From contig JBFMAF010000024.1 in the NCBI GenBank assembly GCA_040755995.1, positions 1 through 64,000 of the forward strand: DNA of 64,000 nt, given 5' to 3'. A model generated the notes under the pieces. The model did no database searches. It worked only from the letters and a program-made list of their open reading frames with translations, and had not been told where the DNA came from. Positions 9,101 through 17,900 of this stretch are shown here, piece after piece. This DNA comes from Acidobacteriota bacterium (GTDB lineage: Bacteria; Acidobacteriota; CAIWXX01). Numbering within the stretch: position 1 is the stretch's first letter; every line of letters starts with the position of its first letter. The position numbers and the translations under genes were made by a program.

Positions 9101-11932
9101 ACGATACTGGGTCTCGAGAATCGCGCGGCATTCCGGATCGCCGGCCAGGCCTCGCGCCGCCTCCGGCAGCTCGCCCAGGAGATCATCGAACGTGGCCCGT
9201 CCGTCCTTCGAAGAACGTCCATCGTAGACGCGGTCGGGATATCCGGAGAGCCAGTATGTCTTCCGCTGGAATGGATACCCGGGGACCGCGACCTTTCTCC
9301 CCTTCTCGACACCGCCCCAATCGATCTCGATCCCCTGCTCGTAGAGCCTCCCGAGCGACTCGAGCAACACCTTGCCGCCATCGCGCCCCGGTGAGAGCGA
9401 CGTGAGCCACGTGATCTCGTCCGATCCCTTCTGCGTCTGCCGGCCGAAGTTGATGAGCAAGTCGCCGGGATCGCATTCCAGGAAGAGATCGTATCCGTCG
9501 CTGATCATGGATTCGAGCGCCGGCCGGAACTGCACGGAGCTTCGGATGTGCGGAATCCAGTAATCCGGGCCGGTCACCTCTTTCGGACCGAGGACGCGGC
9601 CGAAGATGGTGGAGTAGAATGGGATTCTCATGGCCGCGAAGGTGATGCCCGGCACCACATCCCGGAATCGCGCGAGGAGCGGATCGACCAGTGCCGAGTG
9701 GAACCCGTACTTGAACGGAAGCTCGAAGCACTCGATCCGTTCGGCGGCGAGGCGTTCCGCCACGCGACGCACCGCGTCAACCGGCCCCGAAAGCGTCACG
9801 CTCCACGGCGAGTTGTTCCCGGCGATCTCCACGGGCTCGCCGAATCGATCGAGCAGCGGACGAACGCGGTCGACCGGCGCCGCGGCCACGCTGAGAAGCC
9901 CCAGCGGTCTCTTCTCGATGATCTGCTGGCTCGCCTCGCAGATCACCTGCAAGCAGTCTCGGAGCGTCATGATCCCGGCGGCGTACGCGGCCGCGAATTC
10001 GCCCAGGCTGTAGCCGCAGACAGCGGCCGGCTCGACCCCGCATGAGCGCCAGAATCTCAGGAGGCCGTATTGGATGGCAAAGAGGCACGGCTGCACATAA
10101 TCGGCCTCCCGCACCTCCTCGTCCCGGTCGCGAAGCAGCACCGTCTCGACGATGTCTCGCCCTGCGTATTCACGAACCAGGCCACGGCACTCCTCGACCG
10201 CATCGTGAAAGACCCGGTTCGATTCGTAGAGCTGCCGCCCCATCCCGGCGTACTCCGAGCCCTGCCCGGCGAACAGAAACGCGGGCTCCCGCTTGTCTGC
10301 CCGGCGCGGCGCCGGCCGTCGATCCTGCAAGGCTCGAACCATCTCTTCGCGCGTCGCGCCGATGAACGCCCTTCGATGCTCGAAATGGGTCCGGCCCAGC
10401 GCCGCTGTGAAGCAAAGATCCGGCAATGATGGATCCGGCCCGCTCACAATCATGTCGCCGTATGCCTCGGCAAGCTGCGCCATGGCCTCCGGCGCGCGCG
10501 CAGAGAGCGGCAGGATGCAGGGCGTCGTGTCGCGCGGCCCGGTGGGGTCTTCAGGAGGTGCCTCTTCGATGATCACGTGGGCGTTGGTTCCCGAGAAGCC
10601 GAAGGAACTGATCGCGGCCAGGCGGGACCGCTCCTGCCTCTTCCAGGCCACAGCGTGCGATGCGACCGCGAGCGGCGTCGACTCCCAGTCGACATGAGGA
10701 TTGGGCCGGTCGAAGTTCAAGCTGCGCGGGATCTCTTCGTGCCGGAGCGCGAGAACGGCCTTGACCAGTCCGGCGACACCAGCCGCGGCTTCGAGGTGCC
10801 CGATGTTCGTCTTGACTGATCCGACCGGGATCTTCGCCTTGCGGCCCTTGAGAACCCGGGCCAGGGCGAGGATCTCGATCGGGTCCCCCAGCTCCGTTCC
10901 CGTGCCGTGCGCTTCGAAGTAGCCGATCTCGGAGGGATCGACGCCGGCCGCGCGGCAGGCGGCCCGAATGACCGCCTCCTGGGCGGGGCCGTTTGGCGCG
11001 GTCAGCCCGTTGCTGCGTCCGTCGTGATTCACGGCGCTGCCCCGGATCACGGCGAGGATGCGGTCACGGTCGCGGTGGGCATCCGGGAGCCTCTTCAGGA
11101 CGACCATGCCGCACCCCTCCCCGCGCACGTATCCGTTCGCGCCCGCGGCGAACGCGCGGCAGACGCCGTCCGCAGAGAGGGCCTTCACCTTGCAGAGCCC
11201 CACGTAGTGGGACGGCGAGAGCATCAAGTTCACACCTCCGGCCAGGGCCAAGTCGCATTCGCGCCGCGCAAGTGCGGTCGCGGCCTGATGGAGGGTGACG
11301 AGCGACGACGAGCAGGCCGTGTCGGTCGAGAGGCAGGGCCCGTGCAAGTCGAAGGTGTACGAGAGGCGCCCGGCCGCGGTACTGCGCATCGCGCCGGTAG
11401 GGGCGAACGGCGTGATATCCGCCAGCTCCGGGGAATGGATCGTGGACTGGACGTATTCGTCGTTGGTCATGCCCACGAACACGCCCGTGTTGGAGCCGCG
11501 AATCCGCTCGGTGGCGACGCCGGCGTCCTCGAGCGCCTGCCAGGAAACCTCGAGAAGAAGCCTCTGCTGGGGATCCATCGCCTCGGCCTCGCGCGGCGTG
11601 ATCCCGAAGAAACCCGCGTCGAAATCGCCGACACAGTCGATGAAGGCGCCGTGACGTGTGTACATGGTTCCCGGCGCCTCGGGATCCGGGTTGAAATACT
11701 TCTCGACGTCCCAGCGATCCGCAGGTATCTCCGTGACCGCGCACACGCCCCGGCTAAGCAGGTCCCAGAAGCGATCAGGGTCCGAGGAGCCACCCGGAAA
11801 ACGGCAACCCATTCCGATGATCGCGATCGGTTCCTGGCGCTTCAACCACTCGATCTCGGCGGCCTGCTCCCTGATTTTTCGGGAGGCGAGCTCCAGGGCC
11901 TGGCGGTACTTCGATTCCAGGTCGCTGCTCAT
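3122..11932 (-). CDS. hybrid PKS-NRPS: KS-AT(atypical)-linker-C-A(Thr)-PCP-E-C
   Basis: KS DTACSSS/HGTGT/GHLEAAAG; AT GYSLG and YGFHS; C HHIIMDF; A YTSGTTGNPKG with code DFWNIGMVHK; PCP LGGDSI; E HHLAVDGVSW/EGHGR/RTVGWFTSLYP; terminal C HHIILDGWS. Confidence 0.95.
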   Translation of the reverse strand: MSSDLESKYRQALELASRKIREQAAEIEWLKRQEPIAIIGMGCRFPGGSSDPDRFWDLLSRGVCAVTEIPADRWDVEKYFNPDPEAPGTMYTRHGAFIDCVGDFDAGFFGITPREAEAMDPQQRLLLEVSWQALEDAGVATERIRGSNTGVFVGMTNDEYVQSTIHSPELADITPFAPTGAMRSTAAGRLSYTFDLHGPCLSTDTACSSSLVTLHQAATALARRECDLALAGGVNLMLSPSHYVGLCKVKALSADGVCRAFAAGANGYVRGEGCGMVVLKRLPDAHRDRDRILAVIRGSAVNHDGRSNGLTAPNGPAQEAVIRAACRAAGVDPSEIGYFEAHGTGTELGDPIEILALARVLKGRKAKIPVGSVKTNIGHLEAAAGVAGLVKAVLALRHEEIPRSLNFDRPNPHVDWESTPLAVASHAVAWKRQERSRLAAISSFGFSGTNAHVIIEEAPPEDPTGPRDTTPCILPLSARAPEAMAQLAEAYGDMIVSGPDPSLPDLCFTAALGRTHFEHRRAFIGATREEMVRALQDRRPAPRRADKREPAFLFAGQGSEYAGMGRQLYESNRVFHDAVEECRGLVREYAGRDIVETVLLRDRDEEVREADYVQPCLFAIQYGLLRFWRSCGVEPAAVCGYSLGEFAAAYAAGIMTLRDCLQVICEASQQIIEKRPLGLLSVAAAPVDRVRPLLDRFGEPVEIAGNNSPWSVTLSGPVDAVRRVAERLAAERIECFELPFKYGFHSALVDPLLARFRDVVPGITFAAMRIPFYSTIFGRVLGPKEVTGPDYWIPHIRSSVQFRPALESMISDGYDLFLECDPGDLLINFGRQTQKGSDEITWLTSLSPGRDGGKVLLESLGRLYEQGIEIDWGGVEKGRKVAVPGYPFQRKTYWLSGYPDRVYDGRSSKDGRATFDDLLGELPEAARGLAGDPECRAILETQYRSLKQVSDRSAKAMRQLIRRQVEILSAARARTKSGAALAAEPIVVPVTSVQRRLYAIAQQDGGEMAYHLPESFWIDGPLDADLVERYLGEVVARHESLRTGFRIQDEDLVQVIEPAPAFSIERREAEEARIDEALAAAIRPFDLARPPLFRAILFKTGPERHLLLLDSHHIIMDFTSFIVLMEEMMALYEGRLLPPVAIQYRDSMRALDAHGRSERMERQQDYWLKQLSGDLPVLELPLDQARPARPTHGGGHVFRRVAPELTAGLRELARETETTLFMVLLAAYSVLLHRLTGQEEVLVGIPVGGRNLKETRHAVGMFVNSLVARQKVNGGLSVRKFVGEVKRTCLELYDNQDYPFSSLVEKLAPPTQPGRNMMFDTMIELDVATATAFRAAGLDFTYRKVHHRAAICDLVLQVLEHPDELLCDFSFATDLFREETIARWSGSLETILAGFVGNPEETVGRIEARSEDERKAWEGLRLPSRSIPAEATIHALFAKQAALTPDATAIVCGDERWSYREVDECANRMAHALRTRCDIQPDEMVALLLDRSELLVVAILAVLKAGAAYVPIDPESPRARIEFILEDSCAKALIAEPRFLDLKTPSMRAVIDVRAPFGGPATSPDEINLPSHLAYVIYTSGTTGNPKGCLITHHNVVRLMRGTEELFGFRADDVWTLFHSYAFDFSVWEIWGALLYGGTLVIVPYGTSRSPEAFRALVARDHVTVLNQTPAAFRQYIAAEMEQAPIVPQPLRLVIFGGEALEFAMLKPWFDRYGDENPRLVNMYGITETTVHVTHRRVRASDAERRASLIGTPLPDLGIQILDASARPALIGATGEIHVSGGGLARGYHRRPDLTRERFVPDPFQGGSGVCLYKTGDLGRYLPGGDIEYLGRADRQVKIRGFRIECGEVEAALHRIDGVREAVVVAVDEGTEKVLAAYCVADTLDTAAMRSELGRVLPGHMIPSYLVRMDRFPLTSNGKLDRKALPDPRTGHSAAAARSYDAPQGESETILAGIWKELLRVERVSRHDNFIELGGDSIKAIQAVARCRRLNLAIRVPDLLGGHTVATLAKVIGAPAAAPASVSATGAWPLTPIQRWFFASHVGTEHHFNQAVLLTGRRRLDAAILERALGRVIGAHDIFRTRFRREGAGWIAMPGAADEPARCHVHAIKGTAAGDDAIRIILQLQASLNIETGPLIRTALLRGAERDTLLIVIHHLAVDGVSWRILVEDLETACRHALRDEEIRFDAPTDSFATWASRLSSYAAAEQLSEELPVWQEILSGPCDRLPLDRNAETNLVRDCRAVQVQMPREETGLLLHGRQARTQELLLAALSRALHRWRNLRSVLVMLEGHGRQDLVEGCDVTRTVGWFTSLYPIRLETPDDPDCRVLLRSIKSQLERVPNQGAGFGILRFMRARAPDTAFLDADPEIVFNYLGDIDMRFEDSIFEPVVAMAPGTIDPRSRRNHLLEIDVWIRNDRLETAITYNARQFDHASVESLASSFGDAMGEIAAHLREQNPPHVSAPDQDDHDRLIASCGLAGEAVQEIYPLMPLQAGMLYHSQADERYRAYLQQMTLHLSGPLDPDALACAFQETVDRHEALRTLFSIHGTDSPLQVVLRQRRAAVTTTHLEDSSDSALDRVRNEDLSRGFDLQHDPLMRLRIVSRGADHHAVVFTFHHIILDGWSFMTVLRDLFGGYGRLAGRRVFGVEAPVSLSRFIEWYRRRDGKGDLEYWRQTLAGFDAERLPLDSLRSEAGGRASVRHRVTLSQDLTRRLLAATRERHATLSSLVQCAWALVLARHSGLDDIVVGMTVSGRPAEVPGVDKMAGLFINTLPMRYVLDDEISFADFLARTHAALTAAQERQSTPLGEIMAACRLNRLIDHAVVFENYPLETSLINALQAGDLGFRIDGVDELERTNFDLVVVAYPGASLIIEFTFNGEALSSELVDRFGRDFGAACALVAERPEIPLAEILARLAPAEEQLEEARFRARLAKVDEDW

Positions 11933-11941
11933 CGGGCATGG

Positions 11942-14900
11942 TCAGGGGTTGCGGAGCAGAGCATCGATCTGGCCCAGCACGTACTCCGTGGACGAGGTAT
12001 CGACCGGCAGTGCCGCGGCAGGTCCGAGATCGAGCACCTCCGTGAGCATGAAAGCGCTCAGCTTGTTGAGTGTCGGATGATCGAAAAGTAGGGACGCGGG
12101 CAGCGGCTTGGCGAATGCCTTGCTCATGCGGTTGCGCAGCTCCACGGACATCAGGGAGTCGAAGCCCTGCTCGGAAAGCGGGCGGTCGCTCTCGATCGTC
12201 TCGGCGTCGCCATACCCCAGGATGCCTTTGGCCATCTTCTGGAGAAGGCTCAGCATCAACTTTGGCCTCTTGGATTCCGGTGTGTCGGCAAGCTGCTTGA
12301 GAGTATCCGCGGGCGATTCCTTGGCCTTCGCCGGCTCCTCCGCGCCGCCCCTTCCGCTCAGGCCCAGCCGCGAATAGAAGCCCGTGGCCGTCTCGATCCC
12401 GTGCCGCTCGCAGTAGGCGCGCCAGTCGATATCCATTACCCCCGCCTGCACCGGTTGATCCTCGAGCAGGCGCATCAGAACATCGAGGCAGGTCTCCGGA
12501 TCGAGAAGCCTGACCCCCTGCGCCGTCAGCTTCTGTGCAGCGACTCCCGTCGCCATTCCTTCCTCCGCCCACGGCCCCCATTCAATGCTCATGCCGGACA
12601 GTCCGGCGGCCCTCCTGAAGCGGGCGAAGCCGTCCATGAAGGAGTTCGCCGAGGCGTAGTTGCTCTGTCCCGCGTTGCCCAGCAAGGAAGCGATCGAGGA
12701 GAAGCAGACGAAGAAGTCGAGATCGAGCCGCTCCGTTTCCCGGTGCAGGTTCCATGTGCCGGCGACTTTGGGCCGCATCACCGCTTCGAAGCGCCGCTCG
12801 TCCTGCTCGCCGGCGATCCCGTCGTCGAGGAGGCCGGCGGCGTGGATGACGCCGCGCAGCGGCGGGAGCGACGAGGAGATACGCGCCACGGCGCGCGCCA
12901 CGTCGTCGCGGCTCGCGACGTCGCACTGCATCGCCTCGACCGCGCTCGCCCCTCGCATCGCATCGATGCGCGCCATCACCTCGCTGGACGGCGCGCGGCG
13001 CGACGCCAGGACCACCGCGACCGCGCCTGCACCGACCAGCCGTTCGGCGATGCGCAGCCCCAGGGCGCCCAGCCCGCCCGTCACCAAGTAGGTCCCATCT
13101 CTCCGGATCGGCCCCGCTCCACGCGCCGCCTCCCGGCGCACAACTTCTCCCTGGGAGATGATGATCTTGCCGACGTGCCTCGCCTGAGACATGTACCGGA
13201 ATGCGGCCGGAGCATCCTCGATCTCAAAGATCGTTCGCGGGAGCGGGGTGAGCTCCCCGGCCGCGAAGCCCGCGAGCAGTTCCTCCAGCATCTCGCATCC
13301 AAGATCCGGGTCGGCGGCTGCGACCGCGCTCAGGTCGAACGGGTGATACGCGATGGCCGGGTGATTCCGCGCGAGCCAGTCCGGATCGAGGATCTCCCGC
13401 TTGCCCATCTCGAGGAAGCGCCCGCCGGGGGCGAGCAGCGAGAGGCTCTTCGTGATGAATTCGCCGGTCAGCGAGTTGAGGACCACGTCCACACCTTGAC
13501 CGCTCGTGATCCTCCCGATTTTTTCCGCGAAGCTCGTGTCGCGCGAGCTGTACAGGTGCTCAACGCCCATCGAGGAGAGCAACGCCCTCTTGCGATCCGA
13601 GCCGGCCGTCGCGAAGACCTCGCACCCGAGCCGCCGGGCAAGCTGGATCGCGGCCATGCCGACCCCGCCCGCGCCGGCATGCACGAGGACGCGCTCGCCC
13701 TTCTTCAACTTGCCGATGCGCGTGAAGGCATAGTGGGCGGTGAGGAATGCGGCGGGGATCGTGACAGCCTCCTCGAAGGTGAGCGATTCCGGTTTCTTCA
13801 CCGCCTGCCTCGCGTCGGCCGTGACGTACTTGCCCATGCAGCCCGGCGCGCCGAAGAGCATGACCGCATCGCCGGCCTTCAGACGGTCGACACCCTCGCC
13901 GACCGAGGTCACCACGCCACAACAGTCGAAGCCGAGCATTGCGACGTCGCCCGGATACTGGTTCAGGGCCACGAGAACGTCCTTGAAGTTGAGCCCCGTG
14001 GCCCGGACTCGGATCTCGATCTCGCCCTTGCGGGGAACGGTTCTCGGCGCGACGGAGAAGTGAAGCTCGTCGAGGAGCCCGCGTGGGGACTTGTCGAGGC
14101 GCCAGTTCTGGTCCGGGGCGGTTGAGGGAAGGGACAGCCGCGACTCCGCCCGGAGCGCCTCGCGCATCCGCAGAAGCCGTTCGCCGAAGATGCGCCCGCC
14201 GCGGATGGCTAGCATTCGCTCGGGAGAACGGGTCGTCACCAGATCCACAATTTCCTGCACGGCGGCCTCGGATGGATCTTGCTCCAGATCGATCGCGCCC
14301 GCGTGGAGCTCCGGATATTCGATCGCGAGCGTTCGGACGAAACCCCGGATCGCGCTGGCGCGGAGCGAGACACGCGTGTCGGAAGAATCGATGGTCTCCA
14401 TGCCCGTCGTCAGAAACCAGAGGGCCGCGCGGTGCGTGGCCTTCATGCGCACAAGCGCCTGCACGATCGCGAGCGCCTCGCGTCCCATGAACTGCACGAC
14501 CCGATTCGGCAGGTCGTCCTGCGCAGTGTCCTCTCCTCCGATCGCATGGATGATCGAGAAGGAGGCATCCGGATGCACCGCACCAGCCTTCTCGATGAAA
14601 GCGGCGTCGCCATCGTGGTGCGACACGCCGATCCCGGCGCCGGCGAGCTTCGTCGCCACGGCGTCAAGCGACGGCGAACGGTCGCCACTCAGGATGACGA
14701 AGCTCGAACGCGTCTGATCGGAGCGGTGAGGCAAATCCTTCGCGGCGATCTCCTTCCACGCCGGCGCGTAGAGCAGGTTCTCGTGCCCCGCTCCGAGATC
14801 GCGGTACAGCGTCTTGCGGTCGGTGAGCTTGAGGATCATGTCGCGGATCTCGAAGACCTTCCGGTCCGCAGCGTCGCGCACGGTGATCGTGGACTGGAGG

Positions 14901-17900
14901 ATGTCCTTCCGGACCTGGATCCGGTTGTGGCAGGTCAACGGCCCTTCGAGCGGGCCCAGGGCAACGAGTGCCCCCATGGAGAGCGGAATGACGACCCGGT
15001 CGCCCGCGAACATGGTGTCCGCCCGTGGGACGCACACGGGCAGACCGGTCTGGATGAAGGAATCGATCAGGCCAGGGTGCATCAGGAATCCGTCCAGGGA
15101 ATCCGCGGCCGAAAGCTCGCAGAGGATTTCATCGCTGCCGTAGCGGATCGTCTGGATGCGCCGGAAGTTCGGCCCCAGGACATACCCAGCCTTCTCGAAG
15201 AAGCCGTAGAGCTCTTCGATGGTCATGGAGCTCGGGCAGCGCGCCTCGATCTCGGCGCGCGACGGAAGCGGCGGCGCCTCGGGAGCCGAGAAGCTGAGGT
15301 CGGCGGTGCAGTGGGTCACCCAATCATCGGAGGCCGCGTCGTCCGGCCGGCTCACCAGGCGCGCCGCGTTCCGGCCCCCGCCCGCCTCGACGATCAGCTG
15401 CACCACGCGCGCCTGGTCCTCGTCGATCACGAGCGGCTTCAGGAACTCGACGTTCTCGAGCAGGCAGCCGTTGGAAGGACGCAGCGTGCGAGCGGCCGCA
15501 GCCATCATGAAGACGTGCGCGGCGGCGGGCGAGATCATGCGCCCGAGGATCCGGTGCTCCTCGAGAAAAGCGGGGGCTCCGGCCCGGAAAACGTTTTGGA
15601 AGATGACGGCGCCCGGGGCCGCGGGCGTCGTGATGCGACTGCCGAGGACCGGAGACGCAGCCGGGTAGGACGGTCCAACCATACTCGCGGAGGGCCGGCT
15701 GATCGGATCCATGAAGAACCGTTTTCTCTGGAACGGGTAGAGTGGCGCTCTCATCGGGCGGCAGGAGAACGGGCGGTCGAACTCTTTCCAGTCGATCTCG
15801 ACACCCTGCTCGTAGAGCGCGGCGGCCGTGGTACAGATCCGCCGCCAGTCATCCTCCTTCGGCTTGAGGCAGGAGAGATAGCGGCATGACTCGTCCTTGA
15901 GCGTGCTCTGCGCCATGCCGGAGAGCGTCGGGGTGGAACCGATCTCGAGAAAGATATTCGCGCCGGCCGCGCGAAGCGCCTCGACCGTCTTCTTGAAAAG
16001 GACCGGTTTGCGGATCTGCCGGCTCCAGTACTCGGCGGAATTCATCACGCCATCGGGCGCCTCCGCGGCGGCCACGGTGGAGAAGAGCGGCAGGCGCGGC
16101 GGTGCGTAGGTCGCGCCGCGCGCGATGGACAGAAAGTCATCCGCGGCTTTCTCCATGAGCGGAGAATGAAACGCGTGCGAGACCTTGAGCCGCGTGGATG
16201 AGATCTTCCGCTGGGCGAGCGTCGCGATGATGAGCTCGACCGTCTGCTCCTTGCCGGAGAGGATCACGACGCCCGGCGCGTTGATGGCCGCGATCGAGAC
16301 CGTTGCGCGGTTTTCACGCAGCAGGTCCGCGAGCGCCTCTTCCTCGCAGAAGATCGCGGCCATGCTTCCCTTCTCCGTGACGGCCTGCATCAGGCGGCCG
16401 CGGTGAACCACGAGGCGCAGTGCCTCCTCGAGCCCCAGCACTCCCGCCTCGACCGCCGCCGCGTATTCGCCGATGCTGTGACCGGCAAGGAAATCGGGCT
16501 TCACGCCCCACGAGGCCAGCAGCCGGCAGAGCGCATGCTGGATCGAGAAGATGGCTGGCTGGTTGTTGCAGGTCCGTGCCAGTTCCTCCTCGCTGGCGCC
16601 GTCTCCGTAGATGAGGTCGAGGAGAGGACGATCGAGCTCCCTATCGAGGAGCGCGGCGCACGCGTCGAGCGTTTTTCGGAAAACCGGGTGATGCTCGTAA
16701 AGCCCACGGGCCATGCCCACGTACTGGGAACCCTGCCCGGTGAAGAGAAAAGCGATGCGCGGCGCCGGTCGCTCCGCGTCCCGAGACCGCCCGGCATCGG
16801 GCGCATTCACGAGCTCCTTCAGCCGCTCCAGGAGCTCCTCCGCAGTCGCTCCGACAAGGGCCTTGCGCAGGGAGTGATGAGCCCGGCCCGCGGCTGCGGT
16901 GTGGCAAAGATCCGCGGCGGAGAGACTCGGGTTCGACTTGATGAACGCCAGGTACCGCTCGCCAAGGCACTTGACCGCTTCCTGCTTTCGGCCCGAGATG
17001 GGAAGAACGTGAACCGGACGCGCTGGCTTCGCGGCCGCCTGCGCTTCCGGCGGAGCCTCCTCGAAGATCATGAATGCATTGGTGCCGCTGAAGCCGAAGG
17101 AGTTGACGCCGGCGCGGCGCGTCCGATCGCCGCGGGACCATGGCACCGGTTCGGCTGCGATCCTGACGTTCATGTCCTTCCATCGGATCTCCGGATTGGG
17201 GGTCCGGAAGTGAAGCGACGGCGGGATGGCCTCGTGACGGAGAGCCTCGACGATCTTGATGGCGCTGGTCACGCCGGCCGCGGCCTCCAGGTGTCCGACG
17301 TTCGACTTCACCGAACCGACGATGACAGGATGATCCTTATCGTGCCCGTCGTTCATGACCGCGCCGATCGCGTGGAGCTCGATCGGATCGCCGAGCCGGG
17401 TGCCTGTGCCGTGCGCCTCGATGTAGTCGATGTCGGAAGCCTCCAGCCCGGAGCGGGAGAGGACGGTGCGGATCAGCATCTCCTGCGCGCGCCCGTTCGG
17501 CGCCGCCAGCCCCGCACTCCTGCCGTCCTGGTTGACGCCGGATCCGCGGATCACGGCCATGATCCGGTCGCCGTCCTGTCGAGCGTCCTCGAACCGCTTC
17601 AGAACGACGAGCCCGCATCCTTCGCCGCGGCCGTATCCGTCCGCGGACGCGTCGAAAGCCTTGCTGCGGCCGTCGGGCGAGATGTTGCGGAGCTTGGTCG
17701 AGCAGATGTGGAAGATCGGAGAGAGGATGAGACTGACGCCGCCGGCCAGCGCCAGGTCGCATTCCCCGCCCTCGAGCGCGCGGCAGGCAAGATTCATCGC
17801 GACGAGCGAGGAGGAGCAGGCCGTGTCGATCGACATCGAGGGACCGTGAAAGCCGTAGATGTAGGAGAGACGTCCGGCGGCGGGAGAGAGAACGGTTCCG

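Noticed and set aside
6566..9394. 942-aa plus-strand ORF and other long antisense ORFs (e.g. 12401-14125, 16403-18280, 43547-46093)
   Set aside because: Shadow frames of high-GC genes with no recognisable motifs
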